This document shows positions 19,756-30,049 of a DNA stretch of 59,696 bases, piece by piece; the first letter of the stretch is position 1, and each line of letters begins with the position of its first letter. The position numbers and the translations under genes were made by a program. This stretch comes from Nitrososphaerota archaeon (GTDB taxonomy: Archaea > Thermoproteota > Nitrososphaeria > Nitrososphaerales > Nitrosopumilaceae). Where the stretch lies: the NCBI GenBank assembly GCA_032127635.1, contig JAQBHN010000037.1, positions 1 through 59,696 on the forward strand, in the 5' to 3' direction. A model generated the notes under the pieces. That model was not told where the DNA came from. It was given only the letters and a program-made list of their open reading frames with translations, and did no database searches.

Positions 19756-19977
19756 ATGAAATCATCTGAATTGGGGCTATCTGCAATGTATAGAATTCTA
19801 AAAAAGGCAGGTGCAGAGAGAGTGAGTGACGAATCAGCAGATGAGCTAAGAAGAGTGATTGAAGAGATTGCAGACAGTATTGCTAAAAGTGCAGTCGACA
19901 TGGCGTCCCATGCGAGTAGAAAAACGGTGAAAGGTGAGGATGTAAAGCTGGCTTCAAAATCATTTAACAAATTCTAA
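19756..19977 (+). CDS. Archaeal histone (HMf-like)
   Basis: [12 protein letters not shown]...[14 protein letters not shown] histone-fold motifs. Confidence 0.92.
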   Translation: MKSSELGLSAMYRILKKAGAERVSDESADELRRVIEEIADSIAKSAVDMASHASRKTVKGEDVKLASKSFNKF

Positions 19978-20016
19978 TCTAAAGAGTTTAATTATTCATT
20001 TTGTGTTTTTTAAAAT

Positions 20017-20088
20017 GGTACTCTGGCAGAACGGTTATGCGTGAGCCTGCAAAGCTTATACAAGGGGGTTCGACTCCCTCGGGTACCT
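20017..20088 (+). tRNA. tRNA-Cys(GCA)
   Basis: Acceptor GGTACTC/GGGTACC; anticodon arm TGAGC-CTGCAAA-GCTTA; TTCGA T-loop. Confidence 0.93.
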
Positions 20089-20498
20089 TATTCTACTATC
20101 ACTTGGCCCTTCATCCAAGGATGAAGCGTACAAAAAAAATCATAGGTGCCTTTTTCATCAAAATCTACAGTAAACGACTCATACGGATCTAAATGCCCAC
20201 TATCAAATAATTCAGAAGGTTCGCCGTAAAATCCCGAAGTCACACTGTGAAATGCAGAATCTTCATTCACCCAGGTAACTTGATTCCCTGAATCGATTAC
20301 AATTACAGATGGGATGTAACATCTATCAATCTCTTCACATCCGGGACGAGAAGCTTTTGTAGGCATGATGATATCGCCTTTAACAACCACTTCAGATTCT
20401 TCAGAGTTTTTCCCAGTAGAAGAATCAGAAATAATCAAACCAATCATTACAATCACAGCAACTGTAATAATTCCAATCATTGTTATTTTTTTTATCAA
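20088..20498 (-). CDS. Membrane-anchored blue copper (cupredoxin/plastocyanin-like) protein
   Basis: N-terminal TM; WVNEDSAFHSVT and FCTLHPWMKG type-1 Cu ligands (H, C, H, M). Confidence 0.92.
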   Translation of the reverse strand: MIKKITMIGIITVAVIVMIGLIISDSSTGKNSEESEVVVKGDIIMPTKASRPGCEEIDRCYIPSVIVIDSGNQVTWVNEDSAFHSVTSGFYGEPSELFDSGHLDPYESFTVDFDEKGTYDFFCTLHPWMKGQVIVE

Positions 20499-20572
20499 AT
20501 CACGTCATTTCCTTTCCAGAGTTATTACATAGTTACCCAATTCTCTAAATATATAACATATTAGAAGACACA

Positions 20573-22324
20573 TTGTCTAAAAACGGAAACGGGTTATTAG
20601 AATACATACCTGGCTCACACGCATTGCTAGTTCAAAAAAATTCCAGTCTGCCTCTAGAGGGATTTGCAGAAAACATCCAGGAAAGCATCCATGAATATGC
20701 AGAAAATTCCAAAAACGAAGTAGAGAAAGGAAACAATTTTCTTCAGTGGATTTTAACAAGGGTTTTTGAGGCTACTGAAGATGATGCAGCGGATGCAATT
20801 GTAGACGGAGCAAATGATCTTGGGATTGACGCCTATCTTCCTGTAGATTTTTCAGACAACACCATCAGATTATTTCAATCAAAATACGGAACATCGCACT
20901 CTCTGGAAGCTATTGCAAAATTCAAAGAAGACGCGCAAAGATTACTTGCAAAAGACGTGGTGAAAATGAGGCCCGAACTTGCACAACTGGTCACAAAAAT
21001 CAAAGAAAAAAATCTAAAAATAAAATGCTGTTATGTGACAGATCAAAATGTGGACTATGCAGATGATCTGGTAGAAATCATTGACCAAAAAGTGATAATT
21101 CAAAAATTATGGGACAGGATAAAAAAACCAGCAGCGGGAAAAAAGTCGTCTATAAAATTAGAAAGGATGCTAAGGCATGAAAATACCATTCTGGGAATTT
21201 TGAAGTTACGTGAACTAACTGAATTTGTAAGTAAGAATAAAGACTATGTCTTTGAATCCAATATCAGGCAATGGATGCAGTTTAAGACTACGGTCAACAA
21301 AGGATTAAGAGAAACATTACAAAGTAATCCAAGCAAATTTTTCTTTTACAACAATGGAATAACAATTGTAGTCAGTGATTTTGCCGAATTAGGTGAGAAT
21401 GTGATTGAACTTCACGCTCCTCAAATTGTCAACGGGGCACAAACATCAAACTCCATTCTGGATCATTCAAAGAGAACAAAAAACATGGACGGTTCGATGA
21501 CGGTTACAATAATCAAAGCAGACGATGAGCAAGAACAAAATAACATTACAAAATATAGGAATTCCCAAAACTCAGTGAGAGGAAAAGATCTAGTTTCATT
21601 GATGGATTTTCATAAATCGGTGAAATCACAGTTGAAAAATTGTGGTTATTTTTACGAGATTCAAGCTGGTTCTTTCGATACAAAATCCAAATCAAAACAA
21701 TCTGAGTATGACGGGGATGCAATATACAACAATTATCTTCCAGACAATCATAAGAAAGTCATTGTTGCAAAAGATGCAATACAAGCGCTGGTTGCAGGAA
21801 TCGAGCAAAGACCTACAGAAGCATATAGTTCACCGGCCCAATTTCTTCCAAGAGGAAGCAAGTATGACGACATATTCAATGAGAATCTCAAAGACGATTA
21901 CAGGATTCTGCTTTACCCGTACCTTGTGAAAGAATTTGCAAAAAAATCATTAAAATACGGAAAGCAGGGAGGCCATAAAACAAAAAGATATGCGACATTA
22001 TTTTATGTTGCAGTATATTTCAGAATACTTCATAAAAAAATTCTTGAATCAAAGGGTGACTTTAAAGGAGATGTGAGAAAATTGGAACCTATTTTTCGTA
22101 GTTTCAAACTTAATTCTAGAATTTTAAAGATTGCAGATGTGATTGTAACCAAATTTCTTGAAGATACGGCAGTTGATGATGAGATTGAATTAGCAAATAC
22201 CAAGCACAATTTCTTCTCTCAACATGTTTGGAATGATGCAATGCTTCGGGTGGTTGATAAAAAAATCAGACAGGAAGAAGATGAAATTTTAACATTGAAA
22301 AAAATCACAAGCAGTTTATTTTAA
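20573..22324 (+). CDS. AIPR family protein with an N-terminal Mrr-like domain
   Basis: DGANDLGIDA...FQSKY; ESNIR, FFFYNNGITIV, QIVNGAQT, RNSQN. Confidence 0.88.
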   Translation: MSKNGNGLLEYIPGSHALLVQKNSSLPLEGFAENIQESIHEYAENSKNEVEKGNNFLQWILTRVFEATEDDAADAIVDGANDLGIDAYLPVDFSDNTIRLFQSKYGTSHSLEAIAKFKEDAQRLLAKDVVKMRPELAQLVTKIKEKNLKIKCCYVTDQNVDYADDLVEIIDQKVIIQKLWDRIKKPAAGKKSSIKLERMLRHENTILGILKLRELTEFVSKNKDYVFESNIRQWMQFKTTVNKGLRETLQSNPSKFFFYNNGITIVVSDFAELGENVIELHAPQIVNGAQTSNSILDHSKRTKNMDGSMTVTIIKADDEQEQNNITKYRNSQNSVRGKDLVSLMDFHKSVKSQLKNCGYFYEIQAGSFDTKSKSKQSEYDGDAIYNNYLPDNHKKVIVAKDAIQALVAGIEQRPTEAYSSPAQFLPRGSKYDDIFNENLKDDYRILLYPYLVKEFAKKSLKYGKQGGHKTKRYATLFYVAVYFRILHKKILESKGDFKGDVRKLEPIFRSFKLNSRILKIADVIVTKFLEDTAVDDEIELANTKHNFFSQHVWNDAMLRVVDKKIRQEEDEILTLKKITSSLF

Positions 22325-22488
22325 TTTCAAAGGTAGAAGTCCAACCAAGTAAAAATCTTGCAGGAGGTTTACATTGGTCAGACTGCCTACCTAAATTGAG
22401 TATAAACCAGTAATATTTAACATAATTTTTCAAAGCAGGGTTGTATTCCAGAATGTTTTTTATAACGAATAAAAAGAGCAATGTCACT

Positions 22489-22656
22489 TTGGGTAAAAAA
22501 GAAAAATGTGCAATTTGTAGCGAATCAATAGAACTTCATTTCAAGGCCATGGAAGAATGGAAGATTGATGGCACATTATGCGGTAAATGTTATTCAAAAA
22601 AACTCGGTGAGCATTATCCAGGCGAACACGTCAGAGTAAACAAGCATTTAGATTAA
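22489..22656 (+). CDS. Small Zn-finger protein
   Basis: CAIC...LCGKCY; TTG at 22489 likely start. Confidence 0.7.
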   Translation: MGKKEKCAICSESIELHFKAMEEWKIDGTLCGKCYSKKLGEHYPGEHVRVNKHLD

Positions 22657-22658
22657 TT

Positions 22659-23243
22659 TCATCCTAATTTTGAAAGCTTGTTTAAATTAATACAATTCCA
22701 AACAAGCGGATCACTTTTTACATCTTTTTCCTCTAAAAATTTAATGTCAGTGATTATTTTTTTCTTTTTCAGCAGATTGACCTGAAAACTTGAAAATTTC
22801 TTACAATCACACTTGTTGAACAAACAGACATCCCCATCACCATCATCATGATCCTGAGCTTCATGACTACAATTGCACACAGCGTCTTTCTTCACATCAC
22901 CGAGTAATTTTTCTGCATATACACCCAGTCTGAGATATGCTTCTCCGTCATGACCTTTTTTGAATCGTTCATAATTTTCAGATTTTGGTAATTCCTTGAA
23001 AAAAGATAGGTTTGTGTCGGGTTTTTGCGAATCCGAACCCATGATAAACCAGTATTTGTCATCAATCTCCAAAAATCGGATTTTAATTGATGGATCTACC
23101 CAAGAATGGATTGTGTCATGCCAGATGGAAGCTGCCTCTTTTCGATCGGTAAATAACGGTACAACGTTCATTCGCAAATCATAGTATCTATACGCAACAC
23201 CTACAAAGTCATCAAACCAAGGAATTGACGAGTGTGAAGACAT
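22659..23243 (-). CDS. Hypothetical protein with a Cys/His cluster
   Basis: CNCSHEAQDH...CLFNKCDCKKF. Confidence 0.78.
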   Translation of the reverse strand: MSSHSSIPWFDDFVGVAYRYYDLRMNVVPLFTDRKEAASIWHDTIHSWVDPSIKIRFLEIDDKYWFIMGSDSQKPDTNLSFFKELPKSENYERFKKGHDGEAYLRLGVYAEKLLGDVKKDAVCNCSHEAQDHDDGDGDVCLFNKCDCKKFSSFQVNLLKKKKIITDIKFLEEKDVKSDPLVWNCINLNKLSKLG

Positions 23244-23327
23244 CGCACGGAAATCAAGTCAGAGCTTATTTATCTGATCTGAATTAGTGGTAATACCCTT
23301 ATATCAGAGTTTGAGATTTAGGAACGT

Positions 23328-23609
23328 ATGGCTTCCTATAGAACCAGCATGCAAATTGTTGCAGATTTACTGGATGCAACTCAACAGTCAGGTCAAGAGG
23401 GCATCAAAACAACGTCACTTCTTACAAAGGCAAACCTGTCACATTCAAGATTATCAAAATTCCTAACAAATTTGACAGGAGCAGGTCTAATCAACAAGAT
23501 AGAATTCGACGGCAAGAATACTTTTGTAATTACTTCAAAAGGCAGACAGTACTTGGACTCTTACATAAACTTCTCCAGTATTGCAGGATCATTCGGATTA
23601 GAACTTTAA
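23328..23609 (+). CDS. Winged-HTH transcriptional regulator, paralogue of 16172..16459
   Basis: YRTSMQIVADLL...LLTKANLSHSR...FVITSKGRQYL. Confidence 0.88.
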   Translation: MASYRTSMQIVADLLDATQQSGQEGIKTTSLLTKANLSHSRLSKFLTNLTGAGLINKIEFDGKNTFVITSKGRQYLDSYINFSSIAGSFGLEL

Positions 23610-23615
23610 AATCAA

Positions 23616-23825
23616 TTATCTAGATCTTCTTTTCACATTAGCTGCCTGTCGCTCCTTTCTGTCTTTATAGGAACTGTAAAGCATGATAATTATTATTCCG
23701 CCTATGGCAGCGTAAAATAACGGAATAAGAGGCGGATCTCGAAATTCTCCTGATGAGGGTTCAACAAAAGCTATTGGAATAGTCACAACCATGAAAATCA
23801 AAATTACCAACAGATACTTGTCCAC
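23616..23825 (-). CDS. Small membrane protein (2 TM)
   Basis: Two hydrophobic helices and a basic tail. Confidence 0.7.
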   Translation of the reverse strand: MDKYLLVILIFMVVTIPIAFVEPSSGEFRDPPLIPLFYAAIGGIIIIMLYSSYKDRKERQAANVKRRSR

Positions 23826-23882
23826 AGATTCTTTGTTTTACAAAACCATATATCTTTTTGATTTGAGAAAATCAGTAGAGAA

Positions 23883-24068
23883 ATGGCAAAATCACTGGAA
23901 ATAATTGGACTAGTTCTTGTGGCAATAATGTCGTTAGGTTTTATGGGAATATTACAGCCAACCATCAATCCAGGATTATCACCATTGTTTTGGGGATGTG
24001 CAGGTGCGACGTTAATGATAATCATCTACAGGAAGATGAAAAATAAGAAAGAAGAAAAGGAAAATTAG
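23883..24068 (+). CDS. Small membrane protein (2 TM)
   Basis: Two hydrophobic helices and a charged tail; architecture like the divergent neighbour. Confidence 0.68.
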   Translation: MAKSLEIIGLVLVAIMSLGFMGILQPTINPGLSPLFWGCAGATLMIIIYRKMKNKKEEKEN

Positions 24069-24273
24069 AATTTTTTTAGAAATTGTTAGCGATTGATCAA
24101 CAGTCAATCAACCGACAGATCTATAAAGGACAATTTCAGGTAAATTGTAAGGGAATTATTTGGAAGATCAAACAAAACAATGGTGGGAAGGTTTAGCAAA
24201 AGAACTGGAAACCGACATAGAAACAGTCATTGAATTAAAGTAGCAATTATCTAAAATTTTAAAAATTTAACAG

Positions 24274-24347
24274 AGCCTTGGGAGGGACTCGATCTCTCGA
24301 CCTAACGCTTACGAGGCGTTCGCTCTACCAGGCTGAGCTACCAAGGC
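24274..24347 (-). tRNA. tRNA-Thr(CGT)
   Basis: Acceptor GCCTTGG/CCAAGGC; anticodon arm AACGC-CTCGTAA-GCGTT; atypical T arm (ATCGAGT loop, A-C mismatch). Confidence 0.9.
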
Positions 24348-24400
24348 ACGTTTGAATAAATCCATCAGAGTTAATAAAAAGCCTTTCCGAAATTGACTGA

Positions 24401-25699
24401 ATGAAAAAGACAATTTCAGGGATAAGGGGAATATTTGGAGGCGATTTAAACCTGAAAGATGTTCTTGAATTTTGCAATAATTTTTCGTCATTAATTAAAT
24501 CAAAAAAATGTGTCATAGGAAAAGATACCAGGCCCTCAGGACCAATGATAAAAGACGCGGCAAGTGCAGTATTGATGAAAAATGGAATAGATGTTTTTAA
24601 TTTAGAAACTGTTCCAACTCCAGTAGTTTTCAGAGAAGCAAGAAATTATGGTGCAGGAATAGTAATCTCCTCATCCCACAATCCGTTAGAATGGAATGGA
24701 ATGAAATTCATCATCGATGGACGAGGTGTAAACGAGCAAGAACTTCCTCAGATCATCCAGCACCAAGAGATCTTAAAAACAAAAGTCGGCATTGAGAAAG
24801 AAATATCAACATCATACATAGAAGATGCAAAAAAAATCATAGGAAACTTGGAAAACAGGCCAGAAATCGTAGTCGATATTGGAGGAGGGGCCGCCAAAGG
24901 TTTCGCTCCAGAGCTATTAAGAGAGATTGGGTGCAGTGTCAAAGTGATTAATGAAAATATTTCTGCATGCTCAAGAGGGCCAGACCCCACATCAGACAAT
25001 CTATCAGAATTAATCGCTGCGACTAATAAAAAAGATGTCGGATTTGCGTTTGATCTAGATGGAGATCGATTAGTCGTAGTCAACAAGGGGAAAAAACAAA
25101 CGCCGGATGTAACACTTGGATTAGGAGTAGCAAAATCGTTGGAGTTAGGGTACAAGAAATTTGTTCTAAGTATCGACACCAGTGTATCAGTTGAAAAATT
25201 CATCAAAGAAAAAGGAGGAACCGTGCAAAGATCCAAAGTGGGAGAAGCAAACGTAATAGATCTCATGTTAAAAAACAATGCCCAAGCGGGAGGCGAGGGA
25301 AGCAGCGGAGGTTTTATTTTGCCAGAATTCAATTATTGCAGAGAAGGAATTCTTACAAGCGGTCTCATTGCATCCATGCTAGGGAGTACCGAATTTAATG
25401 AAATTCTAAACTACATGGAAAGATATAATCAGATAAGAGATAAAACAAAAATCAGTTCAGATTTTCACGACAAAATAATCGAAGAAGTAAAATCAAAATT
25501 CTCCAAAGATTATTCCGAAATAATCACATTGGATGGAATAAAAGGGATTATTGATGAAGACAGCTGGGTTTTAATCAGAAAATCAAACACAGAAGACATT
25601 ATCCGAGTTTCGGCAGAATCAAACAATGTTGAAAAATGCAAAGATATAGTCAAAGATGCAATAAAAATGGTAAATCAGAGTTATGAAAAAGTTAGATGA
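24401..25699 (+). CDS. Phosphomannomutase/phosphoglucosamine mutase family
   Basis: SGIRG, GKDTR, SSSHNP, FDLDGDR, GGEGS, IRKSNTE. Confidence 0.92.
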   Translation: MKKTISGIRGIFGGDLNLKDVLEFCNNFSSLIKSKKCVIGKDTRPSGPMIKDAASAVLMKNGIDVFNLETVPTPVVFREARNYGAGIVISSSHNPLEWNGMKFIIDGRGVNEQELPQIIQHQEILKTKVGIEKEISTSYIEDAKKIIGNLENRPEIVVDIGGGAAKGFAPELLREIGCSVKVINENISACSRGPDPTSDNLSELIAATNKKDVGFAFDLDGDRLVVVNKGKKQTPDVTLGLGVAKSLELGYKKFVLSIDTSVSVEKFIKEKGGTVQRSKVGEANVIDLMLKNNAQAGGEGSSGGFILPEFNYCREGILTSGLIASMLGSTEFNEILNYMERYNQIRDKTKISSDFHDKIIEEVKSKFSKDYSEIITLDGIKGIIDEDSWVLIRKSNTEDIIRVSAESNNVEKCKDIVKDAIKMVNQSYEKVR

Positions 25700-26630
25700 G
25701 GCAGCAATAATCAGAATTTTTCAGACCGGTTTCGGTAGGAAGGATTTTGAATCAGAGGATGTTGAAATTTTGAATTTGGATAAAATCAAAATCGTAGCAA
25801 AAACTGACACGATGGTAGAAAGCACAGACATTCCGCCTAAAATGGGATTATCTGACGCTGCAAGGAAAAGTGTTGTTGCATGTGTGAGTGATTTTGCTGC
25901 AAAAGGTGTCAAACCCAAATATGGAATGATTTCAATTAATCTGCCAAAAACAATTTCACGCCCAAAAGTTAACGAAATTGTTTCGGGTTTTAAAAAAGCA
26001 TGTAGAGAATTTGATATTTCAATCATTGGAGGAGACACCAACGGGGGCAAGGAAATCGTATTCAACGTGTGCCTTTTTGGAATTACAGACAGGATAGTCA
26101 CCAGAAAAGGTTCGAATGAGGGGGATCTGATATTTGTGACGGGTCCATTCGGGTATACGTCTGCCGGATTAAGTATGATGCTGGGCGATAAAAAAGGAAA
26201 AGAGGTTTTTGTTAAAAAAGCTATAAAATCAGTCACCAAGCCAAAACCAAGACTTGGTTTCGGATTAAAGAATAAAAAATATTTTTCATCATCGATGGAT
26301 TCTAGTGACGGGTTATCAACTACACTGAATGAAATGTCAAAACAAAGTAAAAATAAATTCGTAATAAACAAAATTCCGGCATTGAAAGATCTAGAAGACC
26401 ATGCAAAGTTTTACAAATTAGACTTGAATGGCCTGGTTTTCAACGGTGGTGAAGAGTATGAATTCATATTTACCGCATTGCCCAAACATAAAAAAATCAT
26501 TGAAAAAAATGCAGCGCTGTTAAAAACGCAGATTATGGAAATCGGCTATGTTGCCTCAGGCAGAGGTGTCTATATTGAAAAAAACGGTAATTTTGTCAAT
26601 TTGAAAGATTCGGGTTGGAAGCATTTTTGA
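25683..26630 (+). CDS. thiL: Thiamine-monophosphate kinase
   Basis: KTDTMVE, SDFAAKG, GGDT, MDSSDGL, GGEEYE. Confidence 0.92.
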   Translation: MKKLDEAAIIRIFQTGFGRKDFESEDVEILNLDKIKIVAKTDTMVESTDIPPKMGLSDAARKSVVACVSDFAAKGVKPKYGMISINLPKTISRPKVNEIVSGFKKACREFDISIIGGDTNGGKEIVFNVCLFGITDRIVTRKGSNEGDLIFVTGPFGYTSAGLSMMLGDKKGKEVFVKKAIKSVTKPKPRLGFGLKNKKYFSSSMDSSDGLSTTLNEMSKQSKNKFVINKIPALKDLEDHAKFYKLDLNGLVFNGGEEYEFIFTALPKHKKIIEKNAALLKTQIMEIGYVASGRGVYIEKNGNFVNLKDSGWKHF

Positions 26631-26633
26631 CAT

Positions 26634-26954
26634 CTACTCGCCAGAAAAGAGATTTCTTTCGACATTATTTATAATGCTAAAAACGGATTCAGCAGGTAAA
26701 GCGTTAACACATTCTGTAACCCACAATTCATCCAGATGCATCAGGCGTTTAAAATCACCATCAGGAAGTTCATCAGGATCCAAGTCCCGGTAAATTGCGT
26801 GAATTCTATACCCCTCATTGGCGAGTTGCTGACAGTTTTTTTCTTGGGGGGATAACCCGGAATCTGTGATCGGCGTCAAAAAATGAATTGCCACTGAAGC
26901 CATCAAGGCAGTTGCAACTACAATTCCAATTGCCAAGAACAGAACAGATGCCAT
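26634..26954 (-). CDS. Membrane-anchored hypothetical protein
   Basis: N-terminal TM, two Cys. Confidence 0.72.
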   Translation of the reverse strand: MASVLFLAIGIVVATALMASVAIHFLTPITDSGLSPQEKNCQQLANEGYRIHAIYRDLDPDELPDGDFKRLMHLDELWVTECVNALPAESVFSIINNVERNLFSGE

Positions 26955-27071
26955 TTAATGCAAACAGACTGAAATGGTATATGAATAGTCATTAATTTGC
27001 AGGCAGGTGGCCAAAACAAGGCAAGACTTGAAAATCAATGTATTTTAAACCCTTTAAGGTCTGATTAGACA

Positions 27072-27581
27072 TTGTCAGAACTTGAAGTTGAGACTGAAGT
27101 GGCAGTTGAAGAGACTGAAGGATCGGTTGAAGAAGTAGAATCTGAGAAAGCAGTAGAAGTAACATCAAAGAATCAGCCAGAGACAAAAAAAGAAGGCCCT
27201 GAAAAATGGGGAATTGCTCACATTTACAGTAGTTATAATAATACAATTATTCACATGACCGACCTTACAGGTGCAGAAACGGTATCCATCAGTTCTGGCG
27301 GTGTACATGTTAATGCCGACAGGTACGAGTCATCGCCATTTGCTGCAATGAAAGCTGCAAATGCTGTTGTAGATGCAACAAGAACCAAAGGGTTTACAGG
27401 ATTTCATATCAGAGTTAGAGCTGTTGGCGGAGTTGGTTCCAGAGTTCCTGGCCCAGGTGCACAAGCTGCAATCAGAGCCTTAGCAAGAGGCGGATTTAAA
27501 ATTGGACGAATTGATGATGTAACACCAATTCCTCACGATACCACCAGAAAGAAAGGTGGAAAAAGAGGAAGAAGAGTCTAG
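27072..27581 (+). CDS. rps11: 30S ribosomal protein S11 with acidic N-terminal extension
   Basis: [13 protein letters not shown]...[12 protein letters not shown]...DVTPIPHD...GGKRGRRV. Confidence 0.96.
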   Translation: MSELEVETEVAVEETEGSVEEVESEKAVEVTSKNQPETKKEGPEKWGIAHIYSSYNNTIIHMTDLTGAETVSISSGGVHVNADRYESSPFAAMKAANAVVDATRTKGFTGFHIRVRAVGGVGSRVPGPGAQAAIRALARGGFKIGRIDDVTPIPHDTTRKKGGKRGRRV

Positions 27582-27889
27582 TCAGATATTTTTATTTTAA
27601 TGTCACAGCCCTTAGAAACAAAATAATCTGTCATAAATTTTGCAAATTTTCCATATTGATCATTTGCCTGATATTTCACAATCATGTCAGAAAATTTTTC
27701 TTCTATTCCATTTTGCAAATTTGGTTTAAAAGATAGTTTGAAAGACGTCCATCCAAACTTTGATGACGGTTCACTTAGCACATATCCGCCATAACCGCCT
27801 ACAAGACTTTCCATATGGGATAACGCTTTTTTGATTGTCAGCAGATCATCCAGATAATTTTTTGTTCCTATTTCTAAAACAACGTCCAT
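27578..27889 (-). CDS. Hypothetical protein
   Basis: 103-aa ORF translationally coupled to the PDCD5-like gene. Confidence 0.72.
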   Translation of the reverse strand: MDVVLEIGTKNYLDDLLTIKKALSHMESLVGGYGGYVLSEPSSKFGWTSFKLSFKPNLQNGIEEKFSDMIVKYQANDQYGKFAKFMTDYFVSKGCDIKIKISD

Positions 27890-28299
27890 TACTCGTCACC
27901 AGATGTTTGATTACTAAGTTTGTCACTTAGAGACACAAATTTTCCATCTTGCTCAACATTAATTTTTGTTGCCATTCTTACATTCAATCCGACTGATCTA
28001 AACAAGGCCAATAATTTTCCCCCATCAAGGCTCTCATTAATTTCGCCAGTTTTAATTAATTCTGATAATTTGTCTACAATCATTTTGGTTTCATTGGGAA
28101 ATTGTGATTCAGCGTTTTCTAAAACTTCCAGTCCTCTAAATCCAAGTATTTTGACAAGAGAATCACGTGGTTTTTCAGAAACTGTTTCTTTTGTAGTCTC
28201 TGCAGCAGATTCAGTTTTTTGTTTAGTAGAGATATTTTTCTGCATTTCAGCTAGTCGTTTTGCCTTTAACCTTTCAAGCTCGGAATCTTCTTCGCTCAA
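27889..28299 (-). CDS. PDCD5/TFAR19-like DNA-binding protein
   Basis: ELERLKAKRLAEMQ N-terminus followed by a helical bundle. Confidence 0.7.
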   Translation of the reverse strand: MSEEDSELERLKAKRLAEMQKNISTKQKTESAAETTKETVSEKPRDSLVKILGFRGLEVLENAESQFPNETKMIVDKLSELIKTGEINESLDGGKLLALFRSVGLNVRMATKINVEQDGKFVSLSDKLSNQTSGDE

Positions 28300-29744
28300 C
28301 CTTTTATCACACCGATAGGTACTAATTTTGCAACTTTTGTGGCTATTCCCAAATTATGGGAGACATTTACCACAGCGTCGACATCTTTGTATGCTTCAGG
28401 GGTTTCTTCCACAACGCCATCTCGTGTCAATGCTTTGATGAATATGCCCTTGTCATTAAGAGATTTTTTCACATCCTCCTCAGTAAAACTTCTTCTGGCC
28501 TTAGATCTCGACATGGTTCTGCCTGCACCATGTGCAGTAGAACCAAAACTCAGATTCATGGAATTTGGCTGTCCAAGTAAAATCCAGCTTGAGGTGCCCA
28601 TTGAACCTGGCACTAAAACAGGTTGTCCCAAATCCCGATATTTTAGTGGTATTTCGTCACGATTTGCAGGGAATGCTCTTGTTGCGCCTTTTCTATGAAC
28701 AACCAAGTTACGATCTCTCCCATCAACTTTGTGCTTTTCCACTTTGGCAATATTGTGAGCAACATCATAAACTAATTTCATATCAAGATCAGATTCAGAT
28801 TGATCAAACACGCGTTGAAACGAATTGCGGGTCCAATGAGTCAGCATTTGTCTGTTACTCCATGCAAAATTTAATGCCGAAAACATAGCTTTCCTGTAAG
28901 ATTCTCCCTCTTCAGAATTATTTGGAACGCATGCAAGTTCCCTGTCAGGCAAATGAATATCATATTTCTCCATTGCTTGTTCTGATACTCTGAGATAATC
29001 GCTACACACTTGATGTCCAAATCCTCTAGAACCACAATGAATTAAAACTGTAATTGTTCCTTCTTCAATCCCCATTCTCTTTGCTGCTTCTTCATCATGA
29101 ATTTCTGAAACTTTTTGTACTTCAAGAAAATGATTTCCAGAGCCCAAACTTCCAAGTTGTGGCGCTCCTCTTTTTCTTGCTTTGTCAGATACTTTGTCAG
29201 GATCAGCATTTTGTATTTGGCCGTTTTCTTCACAAACATCTGCATCATCTGATGAACCATAGCCATGATCAATTGCCCAATTAACACCCCTTACTAAAAC
29301 TTCATCGAGTTCTGAAGGACTGAGTTTTATTGCGCCTTTGGAACCCACTCCAGATGGAATAGAACTGAAGAGATCTGTAACCAGCTCTTTTAGTTTTGAA
29401 CGAACTACGTCCTCTGTTAAGTTTGAACGAAGTAATCTTACTCCGCAATTAATATCATAACCTACACCGCCCGGACTAATCATCCCTTCTTCGGCATCCA
29501 TGGCTGCAACCCCACCAACAGGAAAACCATAACCTTCATGTCCATCCGGCAAAACAACGCTATGCCCCACTATGCCAGGAATAGAGGCAACGTTTCGTGC
29601 CTGCATAATGGTTCTGTCGGATAGCATTTTTTGCATCAATGGCTCATCAGCATAAATCCTTACAGGAACCCTCATTCCAAGATTGGGATCAGCATCAATT
29701 TGATATTGGTTTTCTCCAATTTTTCTTGGTGCAGCAGAAGACAT
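28296..29744 (-). CDS. rtcB: RtcB RNA ligase (tRNA-splicing ligase)
   Basis: PDGHEGYGFPVG, GYDINCG, GSGNHF, HCGSRG, HRKGAT, HGAGR, YKDV. Confidence 0.96.
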   Translation of the reverse strand: MSSAAPRKIGENQYQIDADPNLGMRVPVRIYADEPLMQKMLSDRTIMQARNVASIPGIVGHSVVLPDGHEGYGFPVGGVAAMDAEEGMISPGGVGYDINCGVRLLRSNLTEDVVRSKLKELVTDLFSSIPSGVGSKGAIKLSPSELDEVLVRGVNWAIDHGYGSSDDADVCEENGQIQNADPDKVSDKARKRGAPQLGSLGSGNHFLEVQKVSEIHDEEAAKRMGIEEGTITVLIHCGSRGFGHQVCSDYLRVSEQAMEKYDIHLPDRELACVPNNSEEGESYRKAMFSALNFAWSNRQMLTHWTRNSFQRVFDQSESDLDMKLVYDVAHNIAKVEKHKVDGRDRNLVVHRKGATRAFPANRDEIPLKYRDLGQPVLVPGSMGTSSWILLGQPNSMNLSFGSTAHGAGRTMSRSKARRSFTEEDVKKSLNDKGIFIKALTRDGVVEETPEAYKDVDAVVNVSHNLGIATKVAKLVPIGVIKG

Positions 29745-29831
29745 GTATCGGTAAAGATTCCTTTCAATCCAATTTAAATCATCAGAAGAAATGTAAAAAT
29801 AATTTTAAATCAAATGGAAATTACCAAAAAC

Positions 29832-29987
29832 ATGTTAGATAAAGCAACAATCACTCAAAAAGCAAATCAAATGCTTGCCGAATTAAGAGCGAATCCAGAT
29901 TGGGCAATTGAGGAAAAAAATTTCAAACAAGGTTATTTCAAAGCACTGGAGTGGGTTTTGCAAGATACAGGAATTATAGAAAGGTAA
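29832..29987 (+). CDS. Putative small protein (51 aa), not in ORF track
   Basis: MLDKATITQKANQMLAELRANPDWAIEEKNFKQGYFKALEWVLQDTGIIER; TTTTAAAT ~22-29 nt upstream; alternative ATG at 29814. Confidence 0.6.
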   Translation: MLDKATITQKANQMLAELRANPDWAIEEKNFKQGYFKALEWVLQDTGIIER

Positions 29988-30049
29988 TCTGCAAACAACT
30001 GCCAAACATGCAATTGATGATCTAGTTTATCTATGATTAAATTGCATCA

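Noticed and set aside
22305-22487. 60-aa minus-strand ORF after AIPR
   Set aside because: Overlaps the AIPR end and the promoter region of the Zn-finger gene; no motif
20089-24273. Possible integrated element between convergent tRNA-Cys and tRNA-Thr (AIPR, wHTH, small genes)
   Set aside because: No integrase or transposase, no duplicated tRNA 3' end (att site) seen, and composition looks like the flanks
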